Assembly (NCBI RefSeq): GCF_964188315.1
Contig: NC_135660.1
Span: 84,754,001-84,818,000, forward strand
Reading direction: 5' to 3'
DNA length: 64,000 bases
Source: Podarcis muralis
Taxonomy: Eukaryota
Both the position numbers and the translations under genes were made by a program. Shown piece after piece: positions 1 to 13,194 of the stretch (position 1 is the first letter of the stretch; the number at the start of each line of letters is the position of its first letter). The notes under the pieces are model-generated. The model had not been told where the DNA came from, searched no databases, and saw nothing but the letters and a program-made list of their open reading frames with translations.

Positions 1-2696
1 TACAACAAATAAGAAAATCAAGAGGACAAGTATCTAAAAAGAGCTGAATAGTAATGTGGATTTTCCAAGGAAGATGAATATTATGCTGATGTGAACAAGG
101 TAATTTACATTGGAAATGTTCCATTCACACCAGAAATTTTTTGATGCCCTAGAAAGTGATCCAATCCAACATACAGTATTTTACTTCCATTCAGAAAAAA
201 GCTAAGCTTTGAAACAGCTAAGCTTGTTCAATATTGTATTTGTCATTGACATTCATTCATTTTTATGAATATAATTACTAAACGGAACATCACTGGGTCC
301 AACTAACAGGACCACTAAACAGAAAGTCACCGGTAGCACAAAACTAGAATCAAGTTCTGAACTCTGAGAAGACAAGGAAGTTTTTGCCTGGTATCAGAAG
401 GAGATAAATAGCACCAGGCAAAGCTCCCAGGGAGAACACTCCACAAGCGGGATGCCAAAACTGAGGAGGCTCTGCCCTCAGATACCACCTCCTTACCACC
501 CACGGCTAGGGCATCCAGACAAGAGCAGCCAAACTTGACATCTGCATGGGCAGTCACACACAGAAACAAGTAACCCTTCAAATATCCGGATCCCAAGCCA
601 TGTCAAAGATAAGCATGAGCACTCTGAATTGTGTGCAGAAACAGAACAGGAGCCTGTGAAGCACCCTTGTTCCACTTTAAGCAGCCAATTCCAATTAGCA
701 GTTCCCAATCAGCCTTCAAAGGCAGCCCCGCATGTAATGTGTTATGGCAGCTTACTCTGGAGGTCACCAGAGCATGGATAACTTTGGCCAGGCTCTGGAG
801 AAGTGTGCGTGACACAAAGTGGGGAGGGGGCTCACTTAACACTTTCGGCAGTGGGGTGCTCCCCCCACTTCTCCCAGTTCCTTCCTCTCAAGCTTTCTGC
901 CTTCTGCTAGCAGGATGAAATCAAATAAAGAGTGAAGCTTATTGTCCTTCAGCCACATAGGACTTAGGAAGAGCAGGTACAACTACTTACCTAGATAAAA
1001 TCTACAGCCTTTCAATACTGGTAAATTGACAACAAAAAGGTTTTTTTAAGACAACACCCAGATAAGGACTGTGCATTCTAGAAAAGCTTTAAGATAAAAC
1101 CCAAGCAACGTGGTGACTGTGGGCTGTAAAAGAACACTTAATTTTTCAAACACTGCCAGTAAACATTTCAAAATGCTCTTAACTGTCCTTTCCGTAAAAA
1201 TTGCTTTTTAAAAAGCACAGAATGGAACAGATACCAATGCATCACTGAAAACATCCTCCGATCACAAAAAGGAACATTGCAAAGGAATGAGAGCCAAGAG
1301 ATAAGTTTAACACCTAAAATCTGAGCTACTGATGACCTAATCTGCAATAATAGCTCCTCTTCTATTCAGCCACTTGCCCTCTTGTTATCCCATCTACTAT
1401 TCAGCAAATGGTTTAGGCTTTTTTGCTGGCCGATGAAGTCTATGTGTTAACCTTTTAGCCTTGTTTTCAAGTGCTTCTGCAATCACTGCCCACAACCCAT
1501 ACTTCTTAGAGACAGAATATGTGCACTCCAACACCACAACAATATGCAATTGCTTCAGTCGAAGCTATTCTGCAGTCACATGCCTTTGCTGCTAAAAGGG
1601 TAATAACAAAGGCCAGTCACTAAGACGACTATTGTAATCGTCTGACCTTGTTTTCCTGATTACTGTTCCTACTCTGAATCCTTCCTTGGTGCCCTGATGA
1701 CAGTAATTCTATTCTAAAACAATATCTAGCATTCAATAGTTTCTCTTTTTGCTCCCTGCAGGGATTTTTTTTTAAAAGCAGTTCTTAAAACAAACAATGC
1801 CTGCATTTAGTATCAAATTTTGTAAATGTTACATTTCTTGACCGAAAGTCAATAATAATGCGCCGTGTCTACAGAAAGGACAATTTCACCCCAACCACCA
1901 GTTAAGAGGACCAAGGACTGTTGCTGACAGATTGCATTCTTCCCTCCCAGCAGGAAAATGCATAAGATTTCCCAGCAGCTCTTGAGATCACTGCTGTAGG
2001 GCAGCTCAGTGTTTTGGAGGCATTTATAAAATTGTTTTGGAAAACTCCACTTTCTTCTTCTTGCGGTGTAATCTTAAAATGGACGGTGGTTTGTTTGTTT
2101 CAGACAAGCCACGCATGATGAGACAGAAATAAAGCAAGGGCAAACTTTGGTTTATTTGTTGCTTACCTTTCATGGCTTCTCTGAAACAAGCCAACAAATC
2201 ATGCTATGGGTTCAGGTGAAACAATAAACCATAGTACAGCTTCAGTGACTGGGTCTGAGTCTGGAGGGTGTTGTGGGTGCAAGGCCAATGCATGTTCTCA
2301 TTTAATTAAACCATTCTTTTAAGATGAACTGTGGCTTATCATGATGTGCCAATCAGGCCACAGACAGTTATGTCATGCATCATGGCTAGTCACTGCATTC
2401 TCAAAGAACTGGGGACAAGTCCACTATGAGCCTCTGAATCCAGGGAGAGGAAAAGCAGTGCAGATGTTGTGATCTAGCCATTTCCCATATTTCATGGATT
2501 TGCGTAGACCTTGAGGTATTTTCACAAAACAGTGGGAAAGAGCTGGTCAATGAATTCCCCAAAGGTGGTGGGGGTTGCCATAAAGGTGCTGACAGCACAT
2601 ACTTTCATGAAAAAGAAAAAAAAACCTAGGAGAATTATTTTATAAATTCTTATTTTGCAAAATAAAGATATATTTTTTAAAAAATTAAGAATGGGA

Positions 2697-3273
2697 AGAC
2701 ACAAGATCTACCCACCAGGGAGGAATGGCAGATGAAGCTGATGGACTACATGGAACTGGCGGAAATGACTGGCAGAATCCGAGACCAGGGAAAAGAGTCG
2801 GTGGAAGAAGATTGGAAAAAAATCAAAGTATATTTACAAAAATATAGTAAAATTAATGAATGTTAGAAGGATGCTGGAATGAAGTTACATGGTTTTAGCA
2901 GAAATGTTATAAAGAATAAAGTAAAAATGGATTGTTAACGGGCCAAAGTGTAAAATTTAAAGTCAGATTGGGTTAAGGTAAATTATAGAACAAAAATTGA
3001 GAAAGATGGAAAGAATTTGCTGAAATAGTAAATTGAACTAGAATACAAAAAGGGAGGTGTGAGAAGGTCGAGGAAATAAGTAAATGAAAGGTAAAGTTAT
3101 GAAATATTGGATGTGTTTTAATGTTGTTGGTTTTTTTTTTCTCTTTTTGCTGTTTTGTTTATGTTTTTTTTCTTTATTTTAGATGTACTGTAATGTATGT
3201 CTGTTAATTTTTATTGGGTTTTCTTTTTATGTTTTTTGTAATTTTAAAATGCTTAATAAACATCTCTTTAAAA
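2697..3273 (+). mobile_element. 5'-truncated L1/Tx1-type LINE 3' end with target-site duplication
   Basis: PTREEWQMKLMDYMELAEMTGRIRD...EDWKK C-terminus, T-rich UTR, AATAAA and poly(A); 17-bp TSD AAAAATTAAGAATGGGA at 2680-2696 and 3274-3290. Confidence 0.85.
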
Positions 3274-3387
3274 AAAAATTAAGAATGGGAGAAGCAACAC
3301 GAAATTCTGCAAAACACCTAGTTTGGCCTCAACAGTTTAGCAATTCTGATTTTTAGCACTTTTTCCTAAGCAGGTTAAAGCACTTAC

Positions 3388-3965
3388 CTGTCTAGGAATA
3401 TGTCTGGTAGTGGTGGGTATGTCTGCATGTCAGGAACTCTCTCGTGCACGATAACCATGACAAATGATGTGAAGCCAAACACAATAAAAACATATATACA
3501 ACTCAAAGCTGTCTTCCAATACTCTGGGTTCAGTCTTCGCGTAGGATGTTTGTTTTTTCCATTTGCATACTGATCAGGGTTCAAATCGGCAACAGGCTCA
3601 CAGTCATCACAATCCCGTTGAACCTCGCCATTGCAAAACCAGTCTGTTCCTTGAAGGGAGCCAATCACAGGCGACAGGGAACCAATGGGACTATCACTGT
3701 TATAACCAAGCTCTTCCAAAACTTCAATGTGGTGCTTCTGTAACTTGCGAATTGACAACATGAGCCGCTTGATATCACCTAGAACCTTGATTTCCAGAGG
3801 AGGAGACCTCAAGTCGTATTCAGTCAGCGTCAGTAATGTAATTCCATCTAATCTGTGCTTGTCACACAAAATGTCCACATACTCACAGAAGCCTTCTTCC
3901 TTCAGCCATTTGGCTACATGCCTGGTAGACCAACGCTGAATGCAAAGCTGGCTGTTGCCTTCCAT
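3388..3965 (-). CDS. SAMD8: SAMD8/SMSr (sphingomyelin synthase-related, ceramide phosphoethanolamine synthase), first ATG-containing coding exon: SAM domain and first TM helix
   Basis: Translation MEGNSQLCIQRWSTRHVAKWLKEEGF...RLDGITLLTLTEYDLRSPPLEIKVLGDIKRL...HERVPDMQTYPPLPDIFLD matches SAMD8 as recalled. Acceptor TTTTTGGCAG|GTAGAG (exon starts 3974), donor ACAG|GTAAGT at 3387; 578 coding nt, phase 2. Later exons were not found and are presumably left of the window. Confidence 0.97.
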
Positions 3966-4927
3966 CTTCTCTACCTGCCAAAAATCAGATGTTTTAAAGA
4001 CCGAGAAGACAGTGCCCACATCATTATAGCACCAAGTTCTCAATGTTCTGGGATATAACTTTCAAATGTACTTCAGACAGACTTTCCTACGAAGTAACAA
4101 AATTACATTGTATTCAGCTGCGCATGTATACCCTTTTCAGATTTAATTTTTACAGCCCAGAGACCTAGTGCTTCCCAACTGGTGACTAGACTCTCTGCTT
4201 GGGAAGGACAAACTGTATTCCAAATCAATGTACTCGCCTACAAAAGCATTTTTTCTGGCCTGTCCAGCCACCCACACCTTTTTTAACAATGGGTGGCATA
4301 CTGATGACGTGGAAGAACTGTACTTCCCTGACTCCCACTTGAAAGGAACTTTCCCGGCCAATTAGTCACAGGACAATTATTACTCATCTTGAGCAAGTAG
4401 TTATTTCTGAAACAGATATATTACGTAAAAGTGTCAAACTCAACTCATTCTGATCCCTGGCTTCACTGAGGAAGTTGACCATGTGAGGCAATGCAGGCCA
4501 TTAAAAAGAGATGTGCCCTTTCCTCACTATGGAGGAACGGCACGTCTCCAACTAGGAGGTCCTCTGCTGTGCCGTGTTTTGCCTTTCCAGACAGCATCTC
4601 TTTCTTTCTTTTCTACCCACCCCATCTCTAATAGTTCTGTAGTATTACTATTGCTATTATTATTAATTAGAAAATTTGTATAGGCTTCATCTGAAGATCA
4701 CAGGATGGGTCACAACAGAAAAATAGAAAATTAGAACACAAAATACATAAGAAAAAAGCAAAAACAAGAAAAAGCGTCAAAAGAATTGGAAAGCCATGGT
4801 GGTAGGATAGAAAACTAAGCGCAGCCATTTCTGAGATAGCGCAAGCCTGTGTATACCCTGATTCTGGCTTCAGTGTTTGTTAACTATTAGGAAAATACGT
4901 GCCATTTTTACAGCAACGTCTCCAAGT

Positions 4928-5324
4928 CAGTGTTAGAAATTTAGATACGAAAGCCAGGCACTAAATGGCACTTTGAACCTAGGTTATGGGAGCAACAACG
5001 GAATGTCCAGGCGCATTTTTTTTAATAACAATAAAATGAAAAAGCTGAAAATGAATGAATTGCAGTGAAAATATTATGTTCATTTTTCACGAGGTCTAGT
5101 CCTTCTCCTGCCCACCCCCCAATATTCTTAAGAGGGTCTCTTCTCCAGTCTTCAGAGAGTAGCTGGAAGTGGGGAGGCAGAAAAAAGGTCCTCCTTTCCT
5201 TCCACTCTGCAGTTTTAATCTGAAATCTTAGGTGAAGTACTGCGCCCAGAGCTCAGAAACTGCTCACGCTAATGAAATTCCCTGTTGCAAAATGCGCCTG
5301 GAATAATGGGAGTTTTGAACACTG
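4928..5324. mobile_element. Non-autonomous hAT-like DNA transposon
   Basis: TIR CAGTGTT...AACACTG; 8-bp TSD CTCCAAGT/CTCTAAGT; homologous copies at 6872 and 59620. Confidence 0.8.
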
Positions 5325-5583
5325 CTCTAAGTTCAAGAGAATGAACTTTCATGGGCAGCACCAGCGTAAGGTCTGTTTCTTTTTTAGTGTGGATGATCTG
5401 CATGTGGAAACTTGTCCCTGCAGTGACAATAAACTGCCATGAAAACTTAGATGGTGCTAAGGGCAGGACAGAAATCTGTAGATTCTTACTTAAGAAACTT
5501 ACTTACTTACTTAAAAGAACAATTACAACAAAACAAAAACTCCACAATCTCAAGCCTTCAGAAGATCACTTGCACATTCATGT

Positions 5584-5896
5584 AAAGGTAAAAAAAGCCA
5601 AAGGACCACTGGACAGTTAAGTCCAGTCAAAGGCTACTATGGGGAGCAGCGCTCATCTTGCTTCAGGAGGAGGTAGCCGGCGTTTGTCCGCAGACAGCTT
5701 TCCGGGTCATGTGGCCAGCATGAGTAAACTGCTTCTGGCGCAACAGGACACTGTGACGAGTGCCAGAGTGCACAGAAACACTGTTTACCTTCCCACCGCA
5801 GCTGTACCTGTTTATCTACTCACACTGGTATGCTTTTGAACTGCTGACAGGAGCTGGGACACAGCAACAGGAGCTCACTCTGTCGGGCAGATTCAA
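5584..5896 (-). mobile_element. Sauria SINE (partial)
   Basis: Reverse complement of the SINE body and (ACCTTT)n tail seen in the other copies. Confidence 0.85.
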
Positions 5897-6007
5897 TACA
5901 TTCGTGTTTCACTTAATCAAGAATCTATTTGTCATTTTCTACTGACATTGCAAATTGAGTTTCAACATTTTCTTGCCTGAACACAGAGAAAACTGATTGT
6001 AAAAATA

Positions 6008-6224
6008 CAGTGGTACCTCAGGTTACAAACACTTTGGGTTACAAACTCCGCTAACCCGGAAGTAGTACCTCGGGTTGCGAACTTTGCCCCGGGATGAGAA
6101 CGGAAATTGACCGCCGGCGGCAGCGGGAGACCCCGTTAGTGAAAGAACACTTCAGGTTAAGAATGGTTTCAGGTTAAGAACAGACCTCCGGAACCAATTA
6201 CGTTCATAACCGGAGGTACCACTG
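6008..6224. mobile_element. Tc1/mariner-superfamily (Tigger/pogo-like) MITE
   Basis: TIR CAGTGGTACCTC...GAGGTACCACTG with TA TSD. Confidence 0.85.
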
Positions 6225-6871
6225 TATCCTAATCCTTACGTCAACCAAAGCAGACAAAAGGTTCAGAGAAAAATAAAATACAGACTCACCAGAAGATTAT
6301 TCTCAAGATTTTTCAGAAAAAATCAGAAGACAGATACCTAAAGGGTTGACCAAAGAAATGCTCTTGATGCTCAAATGCTTCAATTAGGACTCCTTTAGAA
6401 GAGATGTCAGACAACAGATTCTTTGCTTGGCAAAGCAGGAAAAAGAGCACCATCCTTCAATTTTCACACAGTATGAGTCACTCACAATGCTGATCAAGCA
6501 TACATACGCTCATACATCAAAGGTCACATGTGATAAGTCTTGTACTTGGGAGTAAGTCCACCGTGAATTCCAAACATTGGAAAGGTGGGAGGGTCAAATG
6601 ACTTAAGAAATCATGCTCTCTCAATAGACTTCCCAGATAATTTTTCATCAGTAGCTCTATACCAGGGCTTTGCTGTTTAATTTTTACCCTACATTTCTAC
6701 AAGTACATGCACCCAAAGCATATTACAAATCTTGTTTAGGGAACGGCTAACAAATATTTCATCCTGTTCCAGAGGAAACAAACACAACAGTATGTCAATC
6801 TGTACTGTAAACCAGAGACATTACAATAAACGAGGGAAACTCCTGCTCTTAGGCCCATGAGCAGTTGCAAA

Positions 6872-7251
6872 CAGTGTTAGAAACCGAGATATGAAAGCTA
6901 GGAGCTAAATGGCACCTTAAGTCTAGGTTATGGGCGCAGAAATAGAATGTCTAGGCACGCTTTTTTAATAAGAATACAAAGCTGAAAATGAATGAACGGC
7001 AGCTAAAATATTATGTTCATTTTTCACATGGTCTAGTCCTTCCCACCCCCAATATTCTTAAGAGGGTCTGTTCTCCAGTCTTCAGAGTGTAGCTGGAAGT
7101 GGGGAGGCAGAAAAAAGGTCCTCCTTTCCCTCCGCTGCAGTTTTAATTAGAAATCATAGGCGCAGTACTGCGCCCAGAGTTCAGAAACTGCTCACGCTAG
7201 TGAAATTCCCCGTCACAAAATGCGCCAAAACAAGGGGAGCTTTGAACACTG
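6872..7251. mobile_element. Non-autonomous hAT-like DNA transposon (same family)
   Basis: Same TIRs; perfect 8-bp TSD GTTGCAAA. Confidence 0.85.
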
Positions 7252-9857
7252 GTTGCAAACCAGAGAAACATGGGAAACACATGTGACCAAGCCTACACCA
7301 TAGCCTGCTCTACTGACTGCAACAGAATGCTTCTTCTAAGCCTAATTTCAGTGAGGGAAAAGGACTCTGTGGATGCCAGGGAAGCACTCTGCAGGTAGGT
7401 GTGGACCTGCTGAAACCATGTTGGTGACACTTGCAAACAAGTTTTACTTGCTGGGTTCTACAAAGGGTTAAGCCAGTACCTCAAAGTAGAACCAACTACA
7501 TCTAGACAGACATCAGAAGAAACACTGTGGTATTCATATTGGCTACTTAGATAAATACCACGGCTTTTTCAAATAAATTTTCTGGGGAGTAGGCATCCTG
7601 CCCTGCTATTTCAAGCAATACATGGCCCACCTTTCCCAAAATGATCTTCATAACTACACTTGACACAAAGCACAGGAGCAAAGAGACAAATCAGAAGAAA
7701 AAAAAGCCAAAGGAAGACAGGCACAAATGTTTTCTACTTATCATGTATTGTGAGTTTTAGCTCCTGTAAAGGTATGTGATGCCCCAGCTCTCAGACAGAA
7801 GAAACTGCAAACAGTTCCAAAGAATTTTTATCGCGTTTTGGTTTCTAATAATTAAAACTGGATTACAGTATCAGAGACAGTATCTACCAAGCTTAGTCAT
7901 CATGTGGGACTAATCACGTCTAGCAGTAAGGCTACCAATTATAATCATTTCAAATATGCAGTAGACATGTAACAGCTACAACCCAGGAAAGGTTCCTTCC
8001 AAAATGCTTCTTGTTTCCAGTTCATCCAGTACACTTCCTGAAATTCCAACCCCGTGCCTGACTAAAAATCAGTATGTAAATTGGTTCTACAACTAGAAAG
8101 TTTAGCCAACTACAGCAAAGTACAAAGACTCATTAATATATATACACTGCCAGAACATATAAAGAGCTGGACTAGAGTTATGGAAGGAATAAATACCCCT
8201 ACTTTTACAAAATACAGAAGGGATGTGAGTACTGAGAGACCACCCACCCAAGTTATTACACTGGGTCTGGTTCTTAAATAACTGTCATAGCCACTTGCTA
8301 TTCACATTCTAAGCAAGACGGAATAATTTATGCAACACCTACTGTATTAAGTTAACTGCACCTATATAAGAATTTCAACCAACTCTGTAACAACTGCACT
8401 GATATATGTCGGTGGCAACCTATGGCTTTTAACCTTATTCAGCATGGTCCAGGCCATTTGCAATGGGTACATGACTGCTGCTTTGGGTATTTTGCTTGTC
8501 TACTTATTTAAATTTCTTTTATTAACAGTGATGTTACAAGGCTAGCTTTGTTTTAATAAGATAGATATAAATAACACAAATTATACCTGAATTTCCAGGT
8601 CAGTTAAAAAGTACATACTGTGCTATAAAACTGGATTGTGTGTCTTCACTGGCTGGTTACACTGATCATTCTTTTATATTTAGTTACCAAGATATCCAAT
8701 CCGACATGGCTTTCAAGAGAAAGAAGATATTGAGCCTCCTGCAGAGGGAGAGCTTGCCAATATACTGTAGAAAGAGAGCATGTTCACACCTGAAGCTAAA
8801 TTTCAAAACTTTTCACATCCAGCTGATAAAAAAGTGGGAATGCTGCACAATACACAGAAATCCTTGGCAGGGAAACAAAGCTTGATTCCTCCAATATCTC
8901 AAAGTTAATGATACTATTTGATTTCTCACACCCGTTTGAAGCAGTAATATGCCAACTCTAGATAGCTGAATTACTCCCATGACCTTATATTAACAGAGGA
9001 CCACCATTTAACAAGCAAAATAACAGCAAGCAAGTTGAAGGATTAAGAAAAATTAAGGGCCAGGTCAAACAAAAGACACGACAAGTTAATGTCCATAATA
9101 AATGTCTACTTGGGTATACAGTATATGAAAAGCCACTTGTCCAAATGTACATAAATGTTTGTGTGTTTCATAGAGTATGTCATTTTCATGCAGTTCACTA
9201 ACCAATGCTACTCCATACTCCAAGTATGTAGAAGCTTCCATACTACTTTGCCTTCCTGGTCCTCACGACAAGTGCCAATGTGTTTACTTACTCCAGGAAG
9301 AAACATTAGCGCAGACACACATATTTCAATGAAAATTGATCTTAGAACTGCTGACTGTTGTAATGACAATCTAAGTTTACATTCTAAATGTTAAATGTTT
9401 TACGAGTGTGAATGAGTGGCATAATGCAATCTATACGTTACCAAAGAATGTGATATTGATAAGCAGCAACATCCTCAATACATTCCCCTACTCTACAAAG
9501 GGAAAAAACCAAAAACCAACTTTTAAGTAATAGCTGTGCTTTAATCATCAGCGTCCTACAGATCTACTGAATAATATATGGCAATGATTCACAGGCTGAA
9601 TCAGCTCAACAGAAAGGCAGATATACACTAGACTAGAGCAAGCAGAACTGCATGGTCTTTCCTCATTTCACACAGCAGGAAAAAGCTGGGAATGCCTCCT
9701 CGATTCTCTGCTAAGCAAGCTGCCAGAAGTTTTCCTTACATTGGCACCAGCCTTGCAGGAAATCTGAAGAGAGGAATAAAGGTTAACTCAGCAAACCTGA
9801 AGAACAAACTACAACAGTTCCAAGTAATGCAAAAGGCATCTAAAGGAAATTTATAGA

Positions 9858-10260
9858 AAGACCTACATTGGCTCCCAGTACGTTTCCGAGCACAATTCAA
9901 AGTGCTGGTGTTGACCTTTAAACGGGCTTTAAACAGCCTCGGCCCAGTATACCTGAAGGAGCGTCTCCACCCCCATCGTTCTGCCCGGACGCTGAGGTCC
10001 AGCACCGAGGGCCTTCTGGCGGTTCCCTCATTGCGAGAAGCAAAGCTACAGGGAACCAGGCAGAGGGCCTTCTCGGTAGTGGCGCCCGCCCTGTGGAACG
10101 CCCTCCCATCAGATGTCAAAGCGATAAGAAACTACCTGACATTCAGAAGACATCTTAAGGCAGCCCTGTTCAGGGAAGTTTTTAATCTGTGATATTTTAG
10201 TGTATTTTTGGTTTCTATGGAAGCCGCCCAGAGTGGCTGGGGAACAAATAATAAATTATT
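9858..10260 (+). mobile_element. L2-clade LINE 3' end
   Basis: LHWLPVRFRAQFKVLVLTFK...LGPVYLKERL motif; ends in a simple-repeat tail. Confidence 0.82.
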
Positions 10261-10300
10261 ATTGTTGTTGTTGTTGTTGTAGTAACCCAAAGCTTCTGTC

Positions 10301-10652
10301 AGGGACGCGGGTGGCGCTGTGGGTTAAACCACAGAGCCTAGGACTTGCCGATCAAATGGTCGGCAGTTCAAATCCCGCAACGGGTTGAGCTCCCATTGCT
10401 CGGTCCCAGCTCCTGCCAACCTAGCAGTTAGAAAGCACGTCAAAGTGCAAGTAGATAAATAGGTACCGCTCCGGCGGGAAGGTAAACGGCGTTTCCGTGC
10501 GCTGCTCTGGTTCGCCAGAAGCGGCTTAGTCATGCTGGCCACATGACCCGGAAGCTGTACGCCGGCTCCCTCGGCCAATAAAGCGAGATGAGCGCTGCAA
10601 CCCCAGAGTCGGTCACGACTGGACCTAATGGTCAGGAGTCCCTTTACCTTTA
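10301..10652 (+). mobile_element. Sauria SINE (full length)
   Basis: GGGACGCGGGTGGCGCTGTGGGTTAAACC head; CCTTTACCTTT tail. Confidence 0.9.
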
Positions 10653-11984
10653 AAGCTTCTGTCACCTGTTTGGTAGACACACAACAACGTAACTTGGAAA
10701 AATACATGCTTACTTTTCAAGTAATTCTAGAGTGTTCCCCAGCACATAAAATATACAAACTCAGAAAGCTAACAAAGTTATTGGAAAGGCATTTACTAGT
10801 ATTGCTACTAAAACATTACTGGGCATCAATAAAAACAAAAAAACAGATGTGACACCAACTAAAGCAGTATGGATATGATCTTGCAATTTGATCTCTCCTG
10901 CAGGAATGAGATATGAAGAATGAGGGGGAAATGGTTTCCCCCTTTTTTTTAATGGGGAAAAATTACATTGAGGAAAAGTAGAAACACTTTTACACAATAC
11001 TTTATCTCTCCTAATGAAAAGTGGAATACTTGCAAGATCAACTTGTGCAGTGAAGTATAATGCACATATTGTTCCATAAACTCTCACATTAGTTAGGAGT
11101 TGTCCCAGGACACAGCAAGACTTCTTTACAGAGAAGATGGCAGGACTCACCTGCAGGCTGCAGCCGCGTTATTCTAATTATTTTAAAGCCCTTTCACCAC
11201 CTCCCTTTACAGCAGCCTGAGAACACAGAACAAAAGCTTTTACAGCTTATGAAAATACTCCAATAAGCTACAATATTGATTGCTGGCACTACTAGCAGCT
11301 CTCCTCCCATGCCAAATAGTAGCTGGAAGGCAATTTTCCTCTAGAGCCTGGTTTAAAGCAAAAGGGTAAAACCCCTTCATATTCTCTGCCACCCCAACTC
11401 TGATTGCCTCTGCAACTGCATACTGCAGTTTAAAAGATTCCTGCAACATGAAGTTTGTCCCAAACCTACTAAACTTCAAATACCAATACAGTACATGCTG
11501 TTGTAGAGTACAAAATGCAACAGCTAGAGCACATGTTGTGAAACAGCATGTTGAACATTTAAGTTTGGGTAGGTAGAAGATCACATCAACCTGGCAGCCC
11601 TGGAAAGGCTGCTTTCCAGAGAGGACAGGGCTCTTCAGCGAGCAATTTAAAGCTGCGCCTTCTGCAAATTTTTTTTATGAAAAACAACCCTGCTGGATTA
11701 GACTTTTAAAGCTTGGGGTGGGGTTTTTTTGGGGGGGGGGGTTGTGTTATTGGGTTATTGTTGTTGCTTTGTTTCCAATTATGCATTCTGTGGTTTTATA
11801 TTCTGATTTTATTATGTGAACCGCCCCGAGACCTCCGGGTATAGGGCGGTATATAAATTCAACAAATGAAAATAAATAAATAAAAATAATAAAGTGTCAT
11901 CCGGCCTACCCATCTTGTGTCCGGAATACCCCAGGAAGCTCACAAGCAGGGCAGAGATAACCACCCCCACCAAGTGCTGGAGCA

Positions 11985-12375
11985 GGGCTGTTTTGCACCC
12001 CTAAACTAGCCTATTTTGCAGCCTTAGAGCAGGCTACTTTGCACTCTTAGACCAGGCCGTTTTGCACCCTTAAACGATGTTATTTTGATTGATTCTACTT
12101 CCATGCCACTTTTTATTCAAATCCCAAAGCGGCTTACAAATATAAGATAAAAATAACATAAAGTAACTTCACGAATACTGTACAGCATAAATGGTATAGA
12201 ATACTTAACAAATCAGTGGTAAAACAACTCCAAACCCCAAATAAAACAACTACCATCTATGTTAACAATATTAACAAAACAACTAAAAAAATAAGCTAGC
12301 AGGCTAATTTGAACCCTGAGACCAGGCTACTTTGCACCCTTTGGCTATTTTGCCCCCTTAGGCAAGGCTACCTAT
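11985..12375. repeat. Degenerate ~25-bp minisatellite (AGGCTA-TTTTGCACCC-TTAG), split by an AT-rich insert
   Basis: Repeated TTTGCAC(C/T)C units at 11990-12085 and 12297-12372. Confidence 0.55.
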
Positions 12376-12449
12376 TTAATAATAATTAAATTTCTAACTT
12401 CGTTTTTCAAAATCATATATCTTGCAGAAACGATAGCACCCTTCAAAAT

Positions 12450-13115
12450 ATAAAATTCTTCGAAACGGGAAAGCCCGCGCCCCGACAGCTAGAACCCGCC
12501 ACCCCCCTTTCTTCGGCTCCCTCGGGAGAAGCAGCAGCTGAGCCTGCGAAGGGTAGACTGCTCCCGGCTGTGGAAGCTCCCTTCGGCTCCACACAGCAGC
12601 CGTTGCTAAAGGCAGAGCCGGCCGACCGGCCAGCCAGCCAACGAACGAAACCCGCCTCCGCCGCCTCCCCTTCTTCACACACACCCCTCAGAAGCCGAAA
12701 CTCCCCTCGCAAGCGCCTTGGCGGCGGGGCCGAGCCAGCCGGAACCTACCCGCTCCCTCCTCGCCGGGCGACGCGGCCCCGCTACGTGTCGGCAGGGAGA
12801 GGCCGAGGGCTTCGCTGCTGCTTCTTCTGCCGCCGCCGGTGCGCCTTCGCCATGGCACGGAGGGGTCGCCGCTGGGACTGAGGCGGCTGGGAGGCTGCGG
12901 CGGCAGCGACGGCGGAGCAGCTCGACCCTGCCAGGCAACCGACCCACCCACTCACCAACCGGGCGCGGCCACGTAGCGGAAAGGGCGGGGCCAGGCACTG
13001 ACGCAGCTTCCGCAAGAAAAACAAACAAACAAGGGGGCGAGACGGCAAGCGGAAGCGGGCGGGGCCGGCGGGGCCACGCCCACGTCACCCTCCCGCCTCG
13101 CCTGCGCGCGGAGCA
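12450..13115. promoter_or_regulatory. CpG-island promoter of SAMD8, head-to-head with the DUSP13 cluster
   Basis: Very high GC and CpG density; GC boxes GGGCGGGG near 12984 and 13057; ETS-like CGGAAG near 13050; TGACGTGG on the minus strand at 13080-13087. Confidence 0.85.
12750..12960 (-). other. SAMD8: Probable SAMD8 exon 1 (5' boundary approximate)
   Basis: Lies in a CpG island; donor GAGCGG|GTAGGT at 12749 on the minus strand; phase 0 relative to the exon 2 frame. Confidence 0.65.
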
Positions 13116-13194
13116 TTCGCGTGCAGCCTGTAAATAGTACATATGCTTGGCTTAAAGCAAATAATCAGCAGTCTGGTGCAATGCATCTTTTTCC

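Noticed and set aside
3966-4043. ORF-track N-terminal extension MRTWCYND... of SAMD8
   Set aside because: It lies upstream of the acceptor at 3974 and is intronic; the conserved start is ATG 3965
12394-13137. Several overlapping ORFs in the CpG island as separate genes
   Set aside because: Expected from the scarcity of stops in GC-rich DNA; no recognisable protein
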